A stretch of DNA of 64,000 nucleotides from a candidate division TA06 bacterium. Lineage in GTDB: Bacteria > Edwardsbacteria > AC1 > EtOH8. How positions within the stretch are numbered: position 1 is the stretch's first letter; the number at the start of each line of letters is the position of its first letter. The DNA lies in contig JACRJI010000014.1 of NCBI GenBank assembly GCA_016235665.1, positions 147,544 through 211,543 of the forward strand, read 5' to 3'. The notes below the pieces were generated by a model. That model saw only the letters and a list, made by a program, of their open reading frames with translations, was not told the origin of the DNA and searched no databases. Below, piece after piece: positions 15,434 to 26,253 of this stretch. The translations under genes and the position numbers were made by a program.

Positions 15434-16300
15434 TCAGAAATTCCAATTCACTCCAGCGTAAGGCCCATGCAGGGAAGGCCCTCGATAGATCATGGCCGCA
15501 TGATACCCGAATTTCAGCTCGATCCTTTTCACAAAGTACGAGTAATAGGCGCCGCAGTCGTGGTAGGAGGTTCCGGTCTCGGGGAAATAATTATAATCGT
15601 AGCCCAGGGTAATGGCCCCGCGATTGTCGGTGAATATCTTCCATTCGGTCCCGATCAGGGCTGCCGATTGGCCGTAGGCGCCCTTGAGCCAGCGCCAGCC
15701 CAGGTGGTTCCGCCAGATCACGTATTCTCCCAGGGCCTTGCGCAGGCCGAGCTTGATACTGGTATTGTGAAATTGGTACAGTCCCCCTCCGGACAACCGC
15801 TCCCGGTATTGATCATACGAAGCCCCGAGAACGAAGCTTCCGGCGTACAAGTCAAACCCCGTCACCGCGGTCGGGATGTCACGGTAGGTGTGCTGGTATC
15901 CCGTATTGACGGTGAAATAAGCGGCCGGCTGGCAATCCATCATTGCGGTAAAAGAGGAAACGGAATAATACGGATAGGGGCCGTAATTGGGCCCGGGCAG
16001 GCTGCAGTATCCGGCCACGCATGCCTTGAGGATGATCTTGGGAATGAAGAAGACAAGCTCGCCCCAAAAACTTTCCCCTTCATTGCATTCATCGGTGTCC
16101 GGGGACCGCTCTTGGCCGGATGTACTATCCCTCTTGCTCAGACCTTTCTCAAAACCGCCCAGCTTGCTGCTGCTGGAGTCGGGGCTCTGGGCAAAGGCCG
16201 CCGAGGTGCAGATAAGGAAAAGCCAGGTCAGTATCAGTATATGTCTGTTTGTGTTTTTCATATCTTTCTTGGGCAGACAAAGTGAAAGGCGGGCAAACAC
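15434..16300 (-). CDS. putative outer-membrane beta-barrel protein
   Basis: signal peptide, alternating aromatic/Gly-rich beta-strand pattern, C-terminal ...VNWNF. Confidence 0.5.
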   Translation of the reverse strand: MFARLSLCLPKKDMKNTNRHILILTWLFLICTSAAFAQSPDSSSSKLGGFEKGLSKRDSTSGQERSPDTDECNEGESFWGELVFFIPKIILKACVAGYCSLPGPNYGPYPYYSVSSFTAMMDCQPAAYFTVNTGYQHTYRDIPTAVTGFDLYAGSFVLGASYDQYRERLSGGGLYQFHNTSIKLGLRKALGEYVIWRNHLGWRWLKGAYGQSAALIGTEWKIFTDNRGAITLGYDYNYFPETGTSYHDCGAYYSYFVKRIELKFGYHAAMIYRGPSLHGPYAGVNWNF

Positions 16301-16337
16301 CGCCTTTCATTGTCATTGTTCGCTATGTTATTCCAGC

Positions 16338-19300
16338 CTATGCCAAAGCCTCCAGCGCAGTAGACCTCTGCCCCAGTTCCTTCAGCACTGCCAGCCCCGA
16401 GGCCTGCTCCATCCGGCGCTTGACATCCCGGAAATCGGTCTGATCCAGGTAGATCATCCGGTAGGCCGCCACCGCGGCGGCGTAATTCCCCAGGTACTCG
16501 TAGCACTGCCCCAGCAGATAGCAGACATCCATCTGGAAGCGGCTGAAGGGGTGCTCGGCCAGGGGCACGGCCCTCAGCACTTCCAGGGCCGAGACCGCCT
16601 CGCCCCGGCCCAGGAAGGCCCGGGCCAATAGCAGCAGGCGGCGGCCGGCGGTCTCCTTGTCCTGGGGTTTAAAGGCCAGCAGGTTGATGGCGGTATCATG
16701 CTTGCCCACCCCCACCAGTTTTCCGGCCAGGTCCAGTTTCCGGAACTCATCGTCCGGGGCATCCTGCAGGGCCTGGTAGGATTTGTCCACCTCCACCTGC
16801 ATCCGGCGCAGGTTGAAGCGGCGCAGGGCCCGGAAGACCTCGTCGGCATCGGGGTTCAGCTTCCGCACCTGGTCCATGATCTCCTCGGCCTTTTCCTCCT
16901 GCCGCAGGGCCAGATAACTTTCGGCCAGATAGAACAGCACCCTGGTCCGGCGTTCCGGGTCCTCCACCATCTTCACCGCTCCCGAAAGCAGGTCCTTGGC
17001 CTGGGGGAACTTTCCCATCTCAAAATATATAATTCCCAGGGCCTCGTGTATCTCCGGCATGTCGCGGTGCTGGGCCATCATCCTCTCGATGGCGGCGGCG
17101 GCCACCACCCGGCGGGAGGGATCCAGCTCCGAGACCCGCACCAGCCCCTCTATAGATGATTTTATGTCGCCGGCCTCGGCCAAAAGCCGGGCCCGGAAGA
17201 AGATCACCTCGGCCTGGTTGGGGTTGTGCTCCAAAACCTGGGCCAATGATTCTAACACCTTGGGCCGGTCCTCAGGGAGCAGTTTGACAACTGCCTCATA
17301 TTCTGCCAGAGCCAGGTCATAATGACCGGCCCGGCACTGGAGATCGGCCAAAAGGTAGCGGGCCGGAGCCGCCTGGGGAAATTGGTCAATGATGGCCTGC
17401 AGTCTGGAGGCCACCTCCGCCGACTGATCCTCCGTTAGATCCAGTATCTGTTTCAGCATTTCCACGCTCTGTTCGGAGGCGTTCCGCTGGGCGTATATCC
17501 GGGACAAAAGGTAAAGGCCGGCGACATTTTCCTTGTCCCGCTGCAGCACCTGGCGCAGCAACCCCACGGCCGGCTCGGCCAGGGCGGCATCCTTGGACAA
17601 CGATTGTTCGATCAGCGCCACGGCCTCATCCAAAGAGTCCTTGACCACCAGCGACTTGGCCAGGGCCATTTTCACCTGGGGCTGGTCCGGGTTTTTGGCC
17701 AGCATCTGGCGGTAAAAGGCCACCACCTGGTCGGCTGTCTCCGGGGCCAGCTCCAGGGCCTGGCTTAAGGCGGATGCGGCCGGGCCGTAATTCTGTAATA
17801 CCATGTTTATCTGGGCATCGGCCATCAGCGCCCGGTGATTGACCGGGTCGGCGGTCTGGATATCCTTGATGTCTGCCAGTATCTTTTCGGCCCAGCGCGG
17901 CTCCCGCTGGGTCACGAACAGCAGTTCGTCCAACGATCTGTCGTATTGTTTAAGATGCAGCATGACCTTGGCCCGGGCATAATGGCCGGGCAGGCTGGTG
18001 TTGTCAACCTCCAGCAATTTATTGATGTTCAGCAAAGCTTCATCCGACAGGGTTCCGTCAAGTTCTGAAGCCTTCATCAACCCGCCGCCGGCCTTGGTCA
18101 GCTCGCCTTTCTCCAGATATATCTGTCCCAGCCGCAGGTAGGCCTTGGCCGAACCGGTACCGGGCCACTTAGCCACGATAATGTTGGCCTGGTCAAAAGC
18201 CTTTTCCAGAAGGCGCTGCTGGTACAGAAGCTCCATCTGCAATAACTGTAATTGCAGATCATCGGGCTGCTGCCGCAGGAGCTCCTGCAACTTTAGGCTG
18301 ACCTGGGGCAAAAGCGATTTGTCGCTGGAAGCGGCCGCCAGCAAGGCGGCGGCCATGGGCGCCGGCTCTGCATCGCGCTGGTGCATTTCCGCCAGGGTCA
18401 GCTGCAGCTGACCTGATTGGGGAAACTCCCGGGCCAGTTCCACCAGTGAAGCCTTGGCCGGGGCCAAAAGCCCCGGCTGTTGGTGAAGCTTAAGGAATAA
18501 AGCGACGGCGGCCGGATGATCGCCCGACCTGGCCCAGGCCGCGGCTTTGACTAGTTGAACGGCAGGCTGGTCCTGTCCCTGCTGTTCCAGGCTTTGGCAT
18601 AGCTTGGCCAGATTCTGATTGAACTGGAGATCGGCCTGGGGCGATACGGAATCCAGCAATGGCAGGAATTCCGGCCAGCCGGCGGGGTTTCTTTTTCCCA
18701 GCTCGGCGCCCAGCATCACCGCTTCCGTCAGCCGTTTGTTCTTTATCAGCAGTTCCATCAGCGGGGGGGCCAGGGCCGGGTCAAACTCTTTTGCCAGCAA
18801 GCCCTGCATTTTGGGCAGGGCTTTTTCCAGCCACTCACTCCCCAACCCCGCCAGATACTGGTAAACTCTGGCCGCCTTCAGCAATTCCGTTCTCAGCAGG
18901 TAGCATTCGGCCAGAAACTCCAGGGCCAAAGGCTGATCCAGATTCTTTTGCAGCAGTCCGTTCAGTTTTTCCAGGGCCAGGTCCACCAGGGTGGCATCCT
19001 TGGAAACCATCTCTTTCAGCGACTTTACCACCTGATCGGTCTGTCCGGCTGCGGAATAGGCGTCTATGATCCGGGTGGCAGCCTCAAAGTTCCCCGGGGA
19101 TTTTTCCAGTATCATATGATACCGGGAAAGAACCTGGGACAAGAGCTCCGGGGCTAGTTCGGCCACCCGGGCAAATGAGGTCATGGCCAGGTCGGTCTTG
19201 GAGGCCTCCAGGGCACAGTCGCCCATGAACATGTAACCATCGGTGTTCTGGGGATCAAGTTTCAAGATCTCCCGCAGCTGGGCCAGGATGGTCTCCCGGT

Positions 19301-20183
19301 GGCGCAGATCCAGCTTCCACAGCCTTTTGGCGGCTTCCAATCCGGGCAAGGCCTGCTGTTTCTTCAGGTAGAGCTGGATACTCAAGGCCAGGGCGCCGAT
19401 GTTGTCAGGTTCTTTTTCCATAAGGTTCTTTAACCGGTCTATTACCGGCTGGGGGTCCTGGGCCTTGGCCGCTTCGGAATAAAGTTCCAGGGCTTTTTCG
19501 TTCTGGCCGGTCTTCAGCAGAACGTCGCCGTAGCGCATGGCCACTTCGGTCACACCGGCTCCGGTGGCGGCTATCTGAAAGGCGGCCTCGTTGACATGGG
19601 GATGATCTTCCGGGGATTGTGCCGCCACGGCATCCAGCAGGTCAAAGGCCGGAATAGGCTGGCCCTTGCGGTAATAAAGCAGGGCCAGGCTTAAAAGCAC
19701 CCCCATGTCCTTGGCCCTGGTGCCGGCCGGTTTGGCCGGTCCCTGGTAGCGGTCCAGGGATTCCTTGATCTTGCCGTAGCGGGAAAGCATGGCGTCGACA
19801 TCCCGGTCGGGCAGGGTCTTGAGAATTTTAACGGCCGGCTCGATGTTGCGCCGGGAGACGTTCATCTCAAAGGCCAGGTCGCCCAGATCAGACGAGCGGG
19901 TCCCGTTGTAAAAAAGTTCCTCGGCCGATGCCAGTACTTCCTTGGAACGCGAAGGCACCAGGCTGACGGCGTTCTTTAAGGCGGCGGCGGCATCCCGGCC
20001 TTTTTCATCGGCTTGATGAGCCCCGGCCAGGGCGGTAAGCAGTTCAAAGTCCTCGATATTGTTCTTGAGGCCAGAGGCCAGCAGTTCGGCTGCCTTGCCG
20101 GGCTTGCCTTCGGTCCGCAGTTTGTCGGCCTTCTGCAGTATCTGCTCCTTGGAAAGCAGGAAAAAATCGGCTAAGGGAGACAT
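16338..20183 (-). CDS. large tetratricopeptide-repeat (TPR) protein, 1281 aa
   Basis: recurrent A..Y..LG..Y...G.Y..A TPR units throughout. Confidence 0.8.
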   Translation of the reverse strand: MSPLADFFLLSKEQILQKADKLRTEGKPGKAAELLASGLKNNIEDFELLTALAGAHQADEKGRDAAAALKNAVSLVPSRSKEVLASAEELFYNGTRSSDLGDLAFEMNVSRRNIEPAVKILKTLPDRDVDAMLSRYGKIKESLDRYQGPAKPAGTRAKDMGVLLSLALLYYRKGQPIPAFDLLDAVAAQSPEDHPHVNEAAFQIAATGAGVTEVAMRYGDVLLKTGQNEKALELYSEAAKAQDPQPVIDRLKNLMEKEPDNIGALALSIQLYLKKQQALPGLEAAKRLWKLDLRHRETILAQLREILKLDPQNTDGYMFMGDCALEASKTDLAMTSFARVAELAPELLSQVLSRYHMILEKSPGNFEAATRIIDAYSAAGQTDQVVKSLKEMVSKDATLVDLALEKLNGLLQKNLDQPLALEFLAECYLLRTELLKAARVYQYLAGLGSEWLEKALPKMQGLLAKEFDPALAPPLMELLIKNKRLTEAVMLGAELGKRNPAGWPEFLPLLDSVSPQADLQFNQNLAKLCQSLEQQGQDQPAVQLVKAAAWARSGDHPAAVALFLKLHQQPGLLAPAKASLVELAREFPQSGQLQLTLAEMHQRDAEPAPMAAALLAAASSDKSLLPQVSLKLQELLRQQPDDLQLQLLQMELLYQQRLLEKAFDQANIIVAKWPGTGSAKAYLRLGQIYLEKGELTKAGGGLMKASELDGTLSDEALLNINKLLEVDNTSLPGHYARAKVMLHLKQYDRSLDELLFVTQREPRWAEKILADIKDIQTADPVNHRALMADAQINMVLQNYGPAASALSQALELAPETADQVVAFYRQMLAKNPDQPQVKMALAKSLVVKDSLDEAVALIEQSLSKDAALAEPAVGLLRQVLQRDKENVAGLYLLSRIYAQRNASEQSVEMLKQILDLTEDQSAEVASRLQAIIDQFPQAAPARYLLADLQCRAGHYDLALAEYEAVVKLLPEDRPKVLESLAQVLEHNPNQAEVIFFRARLLAEAGDIKSSIEGLVRVSELDPSRRVVAAAAIERMMAQHRDMPEIHEALGIIYFEMGKFPQAKDLLSGAVKMVEDPERRTRVLFYLAESYLALRQEEKAEEIMDQVRKLNPDADEVFRALRRFNLRRMQVEVDKSYQALQDAPDDEFRKLDLAGKLVGVGKHDTAINLLAFKPQDKETAGRRLLLLARAFLGRGEAVSALEVLRAVPLAEHPFSRFQMDVCYLLGQCYEYLGNYAAAVAAYRMIYLDQTDFRDVKRRMEQASGLAVLKELGQRSTALEALA

Positions 20184-20449
20184 GTTATAACGGCTCCGTA
20201 AAGGGTGAAATTTGTCATTTTATGAATGGTCTTCAAACCAAAGATTAATATTTAAACTTAACACAAGCCAATTTTAAAGTCAAGGATAAATCGAGGATTT
20301 ATTGAAATAAAAAAGGGATGAACTCTACCCCTTTATCCCCTTCTCTTGCCAAGAGAAGGGGAGGGGGATGAGTTATAAAGTGTTCATTATTATAAAAAAA
20401 GGAAGCCCAGGTCCATCGGGCTTCCTTTTTGAAAGTAAACTTGTTTCGG

Positions 20450-21631
20450 TCAGATCAATCCCAGTTCCTTGCCGGCGGCCTTGAATTCTTCCAGCACCCG
20501 GTCCAGCTGGGCATCGGTGTGGGCGGCCGAAAAACTGGTGCGGATCATCTCCCGGCCCTCGGGCACGGCCGGGGACATCACCGGATTGGCGAAGATTCCG
20601 TGGTCCATCAAGTGCTTCCAGAAGGCGAAGGCTTTCTCCCGGGAGCCGATCATCAGCGGGATGATGGGGGTGCAGGCCGAGCCGGTGTCATAGCCCAGAT
20701 CCTGGAATCCTTTCAGCATCTTGTCGGTGTTGTGCCAGAGCTTTTTAAGCAGCTGCGGTTCGTCCTGCAGCACGTCCACCGCCGCCGAGACGGCCGCGGT
20801 CAAAGCAGGTGGCAGGGCGGCCGAGAATATCATGCTCCGGGCAAAATGCTTGACATAGTCGATCACCTCAAAATCCCCGGCCACCACCCCGCCGATGGCG
20901 GCGAAGCTTTTGGAGAAGGTGCCCATGATCAGGTCGGTCTCCTTTTCCAGGCCGAAATGCTCGGCGGTGCCCCGGCCATGGGCTCCCAGCACCCCCAGGG
21001 CGTGGGCGTCGTCCACCAGCAGCCGGGCCCCGTGCTTTTGGCAGATCTTGGTGATGCCAGGCAGATCGGCGATGTCGCCCTCCATGCTGTATACCCCGTC
21101 CACGATCACCATCTTTCCCTTGCCGTGGTCCAGGCCCTGCAGCACCCGGTCCAGGCTCTGGGCGTCGTTATGCTGGAATCGGCGCATCGGTGAATAGGAC
21201 AGCCGGCAGCCGTCCAGGATGGAGGCGTGGTCGTATTTGTCGGTGATCAGGATGTCGTCCTTGGTCCCCAGGCAGGAGATGACGCCCAGGTTGGTCTGCA
21301 TCCCGGTGGAGAAGACCAGGGCCGCCTGCTTGTTGAGGAACTTGGCCAGCTTAGCCTCCAGCTGGTTGTGCATGTCCAACGTGCCGGTGAGGAAGCGGGA
21401 GCCGGTGCAGCCGGTGCCGAACTTTTCGACGGCCTTGATGGCAGCTTCCTTGACCCGGGGGTGGGTGGTCAGGCCCAGGTAGTTGTTGGAACCGATCATG
21501 ATCATCTTCTGGCCGTCGATGATCACCTCCGGCTCCTGGGCCGAGGACAAGGGGTGGAAATAAGGGTAAAGACCGGCGTCCCGGGCATCCCGGGCATCGG
21601 TGAAGTCAACGCATTTTTTGAAAATATCCAT
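20450..21631 (-). CDS. PLP-dependent alpha-oxoamine synthase family (2-amino-3-ketobutyrate CoA ligase Kbl / BioF / serine palmitoyltransferase-like)
   Basis: class II aminotransferase fold; GTFSKSFAAIGG lysine-PLP motif; 393 aa. Confidence 0.75.
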   Translation of the reverse strand: MDIFKKCVDFTDARDARDAGLYPYFHPLSSAQEPEVIIDGQKMIMIGSNNYLGLTTHPRVKEAAIKAVEKFGTGCTGSRFLTGTLDMHNQLEAKLAKFLNKQAALVFSTGMQTNLGVISCLGTKDDILITDKYDHASILDGCRLSYSPMRRFQHNDAQSLDRVLQGLDHGKGKMVIVDGVYSMEGDIADLPGITKICQKHGARLLVDDAHALGVLGAHGRGTAEHFGLEKETDLIMGTFSKSFAAIGGVVAGDFEVIDYVKHFARSMIFSAALPPALTAAVSAAVDVLQDEPQLLKKLWHNTDKMLKGFQDLGYDTGSACTPIIPLMIGSREKAFAFWKHLMDHGIFANPVMSPAVPEGREMIRTSFSAAHTDAQLDRVLEEFKAAGKELGLI

Positions 21632-21674
21632 TAAGAACCTCTGAAGGGGTGAAATATTTGATCTTTAATGACTA

Positions 21675-21951
21675 TATAAATAGTGGATATGGTAAAACCC
21701 AGATTTAACCAGGTTATGTTCTTTTCTTTTTGTGCCGCTAACAAGAAAAGAACCAAAAGAAAAAGCTCGTCGCAAAGAACCATCCGGGCGCTGCGCTTCT
21801 CGTTGCCGGCGGGCTTGTCTGAACTCGGGATTTTGCCAATCCCTCAAACAGGCCAGACAAGCTTTTAACCGCCGTCAACTCCGATGCTCACTGATGGTTC
21901 TTAACGCGACATACCTTGGTTGGTTGACGGTTGATCATCCTGTTTCCTGAG
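21675..21951 (+). repeat. dispersed structured repeat, copy B
   Basis: shares core with copies A,C-F; stem GGGATT/AATCCC shows compensatory change relative to GGGCT/AGCCC. Confidence 0.8.
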
Positions 21952-22070
21952 CAAACCGGATAAGCAGTTAATCTTTTATTATACTAAAAAAATGCAGGCA
22001 TAGCAAGAAAAAATCCCCTCCGGAAGATGTCCGGAAGGGGCATAATGCTTTCGGCGTGGATCCCAGAATA

Positions 22071-22799
22071 TCAAACGGGACCCTTCCCCACCAGCAGCTG
22101 CACCAGCTCATCCCCCAGCTTTTGGGGCCTGTCCTCTATTATCTGGAATCCCGCCTGCTTCAAGGCCCTCCGCCACTGGGCCAGGCTGAAAAGCCCGGCG
22201 GTGTGGGTGTCATGCTCGACCCTCAGTTGCTTGCCCCGGCGGATCAGGTAGACGAAGGCCATCTGATAGGTGCTGTCCTTTGGATCGGGGTCGTGGTCGT
22301 TCTCGATGTAGGTGATGTCGTATCCCCCGGACCTTGAGCGCCAGACCGAGGTCTTGCTCTGTTCAAAGCGCTCCTTGCAGTCCTCCACGTACAGTGCCAT
22401 CACTCCGCCGGGCTTAAGGTGGCGGCGGGCGTTCTTCAGGGCCTTCAATAGGTCCTTTTCGGTCTGCATATAGATGATGCCGTCGTTGAAGAACACCGCG
22501 TCAAACTTTTTCTTCAGGTCAAATGACCGCATGTCACCAACGTGATAATCGGCCCCGGGGTTGAGCTTGTTGGCCTGGGCGATCATTTGGGGGCTAAGGT
22601 CCACCCCGGTCACCGCAAAGCGCTTTTTAAGCCAGTAGTCGTTCTTGCCGCCGCCGCAGGCGATGTCCAAAATAGTTTTGGCCTTTGGGCAGTGCTTTTT
22701 TATGAGACTGATGAACCGGGCGCTTTCGGGCGCATAGTCCTCCACCTTTTCCCATAGCGGCCACAGCCAGCTTAGGTCTTTGTACAAACGGTTTTTCAT
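22071..22799 (-). CDS. class I SAM-dependent methyltransferase
   Basis: ILDIACGGGKNDYWL motif I. Confidence 0.7.
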   Translation of the reverse strand: MKNRLYKDLSWLWPLWEKVEDYAPESARFISLIKKHCPKAKTILDIACGGGKNDYWLKKRFAVTGVDLSPQMIAQANKLNPGADYHVGDMRSFDLKKKFDAVFFNDGIIYMQTEKDLLKALKNARRHLKPGGVMALYVEDCKERFEQSKTSVWRSRSGGYDITYIENDHDPDPKDSTYQMAFVYLIRRGKQLRVEHDTHTAGLFSLAQWRRALKQAGFQIIEDRPQKLGDELVQLLVGKGPV

Positions 22800-23020
22800 T
22801 ATTCTCTATGTTATTAGTAAGCTTTGTTAAACACATCTTTTTACTTCAAGCGATACCATGAATGATATCGCTGGTAAAACATCAACCCCGATTAATCGGG
22901 GTCAACATAGGCCGCACTTGCGGCCTTGATGATAGCCAGCGATAGACTTCAGGCTATCGCTATTTGGAAGGATTCTTCAAAAGCCAAACAGGGTGCCGTT
23001 CTCAGAATGACGGGGGACGG

Positions 23021-24034
23021 TCATAGCCAGTTGTTGGCGCGGTACCACTCCGCCGTCTCCTTCATTCCCCGGGCCAGGTCGTATCGGCACTGGAAGCCGA
23101 AATCATCCTTTGCTGCCTGCGAGGAAATGGTCCAGAATTTTTGCGACATTTCCCGCACCTTCTGCCGGGTAATCATGGCCGGCCGGTTCAGGGCATGGGC
23201 TCCGGCTTCGTTGAACATGGCCGAAAGGTGGGCCAGCTGCAGGGGAACGTGCAGTTTAACTATTCTTTTTCCCAGACATCCGGCAATTATCTCCGATATT
23301 TGGTCCCAGGAATATGATCTATCTTCGGCCAAAAAGTATGTCTTTCCTGGAGAATTTTGGGAAGCGGCCGCCAGCAGCATTCCATCAACCAGGTCTTTTA
23401 CATAAATCAGATGGGCGTGGCGGGTACTGAAGCCCGGCAGAATAGCAAGACCCTTCCGGACCCACCTGAAATACGACAGTACTTCGGTGTCCCGGGGGCC
23501 GTAGACCGATGGGGGGCGCACAATGGTCACCGGCAGTTTGCCCGAAAGCTCCATCAGCTCCTGCTCGGCCTGCAGTTTGCTCCGGCCATAGTCGGACAAA
23601 GGCCGGCATTCATCCCGCTCGCAGACCGGTCTATCCAAACAACCCGCCGGGCCGGCCGTTGCCTGGCTGGAGGCAAAGAGGAAACGCTTTAAGCCCGGAG
23701 CGGCTGTCAGAGCTGCCCGGGCCAGGTTCATGGTGGCCCGGGTGTTGTGAAGATAAAAATCCTTGGGGTCCCTGGCCTTGACCGCTCCGGCCAGTTGAAA
23801 GATGTAACCTGCTCCGGAGACGGCCTGCTCCAAAAAACTATTGTCCTGCAGGCTGCCGGTCATAAGCTCCAGCTCCAGGTCCTTGATCCATCTTAGGTCG
23901 CTGGTGGGGCGGACCAGGGCCCTCACCCGGAACCCCCGGTTCAGTAAGGCTTCGGCCAGGTGGCTGCCGATGAATCCGGTGGCGCCGGTAAGCAGGGCCA
24001 GGGGCTTTTTGTTTTCAGAAATTTTGTCGGGCAT
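23021..24034 (-). CDS. NAD-dependent epimerase/dehydratase-family (extended SDR) enzyme; possibly SDR-type L-threonine dehydrogenase given Kbl-like neighbour
   Basis: LLTGATGFIGSHLAEALL Rossmann; YGRSK catalytic Tyr/Lys. Confidence 0.7.
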   Translation of the reverse strand: MPDKISENKKPLALLTGATGFIGSHLAEALLNRGFRVRALVRPTSDLRWIKDLELELMTGSLQDNSFLEQAVSGAGYIFQLAGAVKARDPKDFYLHNTRATMNLARAALTAAPGLKRFLFASSQATAGPAGCLDRPVCERDECRPLSDYGRSKLQAEQELMELSGKLPVTIVRPPSVYGPRDTEVLSYFRWVRKGLAILPGFSTRHAHLIYVKDLVDGMLLAAASQNSPGKTYFLAEDRSYSWDQISEIIAGCLGKRIVKLHVPLQLAHLSAMFNEAGAHALNRPAMITRQKVREMSQKFWTISSQAAKDDFGFQCRYDLARGMKETAEWYRANNWL

Positions 24035-24219
24035 GGCTCAAGTTTAATGTAAAACAGGCCGGTCTGTCAACAGAAATCACAGGACAGGGAATATCGCCGG
24101 GAAAGCTTTCGTGGCTTTAAATAATGCTTGACATTTATGCGTTTTGTGTTAAATTATAAGGTTTAGGGACAGAAAAAACATTCTTCACTTTAACATAAAA
24201 TACCAATTGACGGACCAGC

Positions 24220-24597
24220 ATGATTGTTGCCATCGGCACCGACATCGTCAAGGTGGAGCGCATAGAACAGGCCTACAAAACCTACGGCCGGCGTTTTCTG
24301 CAGAAAGTATTCACCGAAGAGGAGGCCCGGTTCTGCCTTTCCCGCAAGCACCCGGCCCCGGCCCTAGCCGCCCGATTCGCCGCCAAGGAGACAATCTCCA
24401 AGTGCCTGGGGACCGGCTTCCGGCGGGGTGTCTATCCCAACCTGATCGAGATCGTGGACAACGAGAAGAGCCGCCCCACCGTCAAACTGCACGGCAAGGC
24501 CGCGGAGTTTGGGAAGGATTACATCTTTCATCTTTCCATCTCGCACGAAAAAGAGTTCGTGATCGCGGTGGCGGTGATGGAGGCTTCCGTCCACTAA
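24220..24597 (+). CDS. acpS: holo-[acyl-carrier-protein] synthase
   Basis: MIVAIGTDIVKVERIE...FAAKEtISKCLG pattern, 125 aa. Confidence 0.8.
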   Translation: MIVAIGTDIVKVERIEQAYKTYGRRFLQKVFTEEEARFCLSRKHPAPALAARFAAKETISKCLGTGFRRGVYPNLIEIVDNEKSRPTVKLHGKAAEFGKDYIFHLSISHEKEFVIAVAVMEASVH

Positions 24598-24699
24598 GAA
24601 AAGAAACGACGATTTCCCACGAAATACACGAAACTACGCGAAATATTATTTATACTATTTTAGTGCTTTTTAGTGGGCAGGAAATAAGGAGGAACCGAT

Positions 24700-26253
24700 A
24701 TGCTAGTCGTCACACCCCGGCAGATGCAGGAGATAGACGCCCGGGCCATCAAGAAGTACAAGGTGCCGGGCCTGACCCTGATGGAGAGCGCCGCCCGGGC
24801 CCTGGCCGACAAGGCGCTGGAGATGCCGGCCCAAAATTCTCCGGGAACGGTCTGCATCGTCTGCGGGCCGGGCAACAACGGCGGCGACGGACTGGCCGCG
24901 GCCCGGCTGCTTAAGGAGCAGGGCTGCGAAGTTCAGGTCTTCCTGCTTGGTTCATTGCCCCGGCTTAAAGGCGACGCCAGAACAAATGCCCAAAAACTCA
25001 AGGCCGCCAAGATCAAGGTCAACGAGATCAAGGGCGGGGCGGGCCTGACGGCGCTGAAGGCCGGCCTTAAAAAAGCATCACTGGTGATAGACGCCGTCTT
25101 CGGCACCGGGTTTCATGGAGCTCCGGAAAAGCTCGCAGGCCAGGTCATCGAGGCCGTCAACAGCTCTGGTGTCCCGGTGCTGGCCGCCGACATTCCCTCC
25201 GGTGTGGACGGGCTTACGGGACAAACGTTTGGTCCGGCCGTCAAGGCCGCAGCCACCGTAACCATGGGGCTGCCCAAGACGGGACTGCTGTTTTATCCGG
25301 GGAAAACTTTGGCCGGGGAGATAGCGGTCGCGGACATCGGTTTCCCCCCAAAGGCCATCGATGGGCAAAAAGTAAACATAAACACCATCGATCCCGAAAG
25401 CGTAAGACAGCTTCTTCCCCGCCGGGCTCCCGATGCCCACAAGGGGAGCTGCGGCACCGTCCTGGCGTTGGCCGGTTCGGCGGGGATGACCGGGGCGGCC
25501 CGCCTGGTCTCGCTTTCCGCCCTGCGCTCCGGGGCCGGGCTGGTCTTTCTGGGGATCCCGGAGAGCCTGGGCGATGTGATGGAGTCCAAGCTGACCGAGG
25601 CCATCATCAAGCCGCTGCCGGAGACCCGCACCAGGACCCTGTCGCTGACGGCGCTGGACAGGATCAAGGCGCTGATGGCCAAGGCCGATTCGCTGGTGAT
25701 GGGCCCGGGGCTTTCCACTCATCCGGAAACATTGGAACTGGTGCAGTCGGTGGTCAAGCACCTGAACCTACCGGCCGTGCTGGATGCCGATGCCTTGACC
25801 GCCCTGTCCGGCAATGTCCAGGTGTTTAAGACCCAGGCCCCGCTGGTGCTGACCCCCCATTACGGGGAAATGGCCCGGCTGACCGGAAGAACCATCACCG
25901 AGATAAAAACCGACCCCATGCGGGCGGCCAGGGAATTCGCGGTTGAATTCAGCAAAACCGTGGTGCTCAAAGGCGCCCCCACCGTGATTGCTTTGCCTTC
26001 GGGAAACATCTGGATCAACACTACCGGCAACAGCGGGATGGCCACAGCCGGGTCGGGCGATGTGCTGGCCGGTCTGATAGCCGGGCTGCTGGCCCAGGGC
26101 CTGTCCCCGGAAAATGCGGCCAAGCTGGGGGTCTATCTGCACGGGCTGGCCGGGGATCTGGCCAGGGAAAACAAGACCGAGTACTGCCTGCTGGCGGGGG
26201 ATATTTTGGATGAACTTCCCGCCGCCTACAAAAAACTGATGGAGGTTTTATGA
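24700..26253 (+). CDS. nnr: bifunctional NAD(P)H-hydrate repair enzyme Nnr (epimerase + ADP-dependent dehydratase)
   Basis: YjeF-N CGPGNNGGDG; C-terminal carbohydrate-kinase-like GSGDVLAG. Confidence 0.85.
   Translation: MLVVTPRQMQEIDARAIKKYKVPGLTLMESAARALADKALEMPAQNSPGTVCIVCGPGNNGGDGLAAARLLKEQGCEVQVFLLGSLPRLKGDARTNAQKLKAAKIKVNEIKGGAGLTALKAGLKKASLVIDAVFGTGFHGAPEKLAGQVIEAVNSSGVPVLAADIPSGVDGLTGQTFGPAVKAAATVTMGLPKTGLLFYPGKTLAGEIAVADIGFPPKAIDGQKVNINTIDPESVRQLLPRRAPDAHKGSCGTVLALAGSAGMTGAARLVSLSALRSGAGLVFLGIPESLGDVMESKLTEAIIKPLPETRTRTLSLTALDRIKALMAKADSLVMGPGLSTHPETLELVQSVVKHLNLPAVLDADALTALSGNVQVFKTQAPLVLTPHYGEMARLTGRTITEIKTDPMRAAREFAVEFSKTVVLKGAPTVIALPSGNIWINTTGNSGMATAGSGDVLAGLIAGLLAQGLSPENAAKLGVYLHGLAGDLARENKTEYCLLAGDILDELPAAYKKLMEVL

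Noticed and set aside
15401-16285. 294-aa plus-strand ORF overlapping the outer-membrane beta-barrel gene
   Set aside because: Antisense to an ORF with signal peptide and a C-terminal aromatic residue; Gly/Ala/Val-rich filler.
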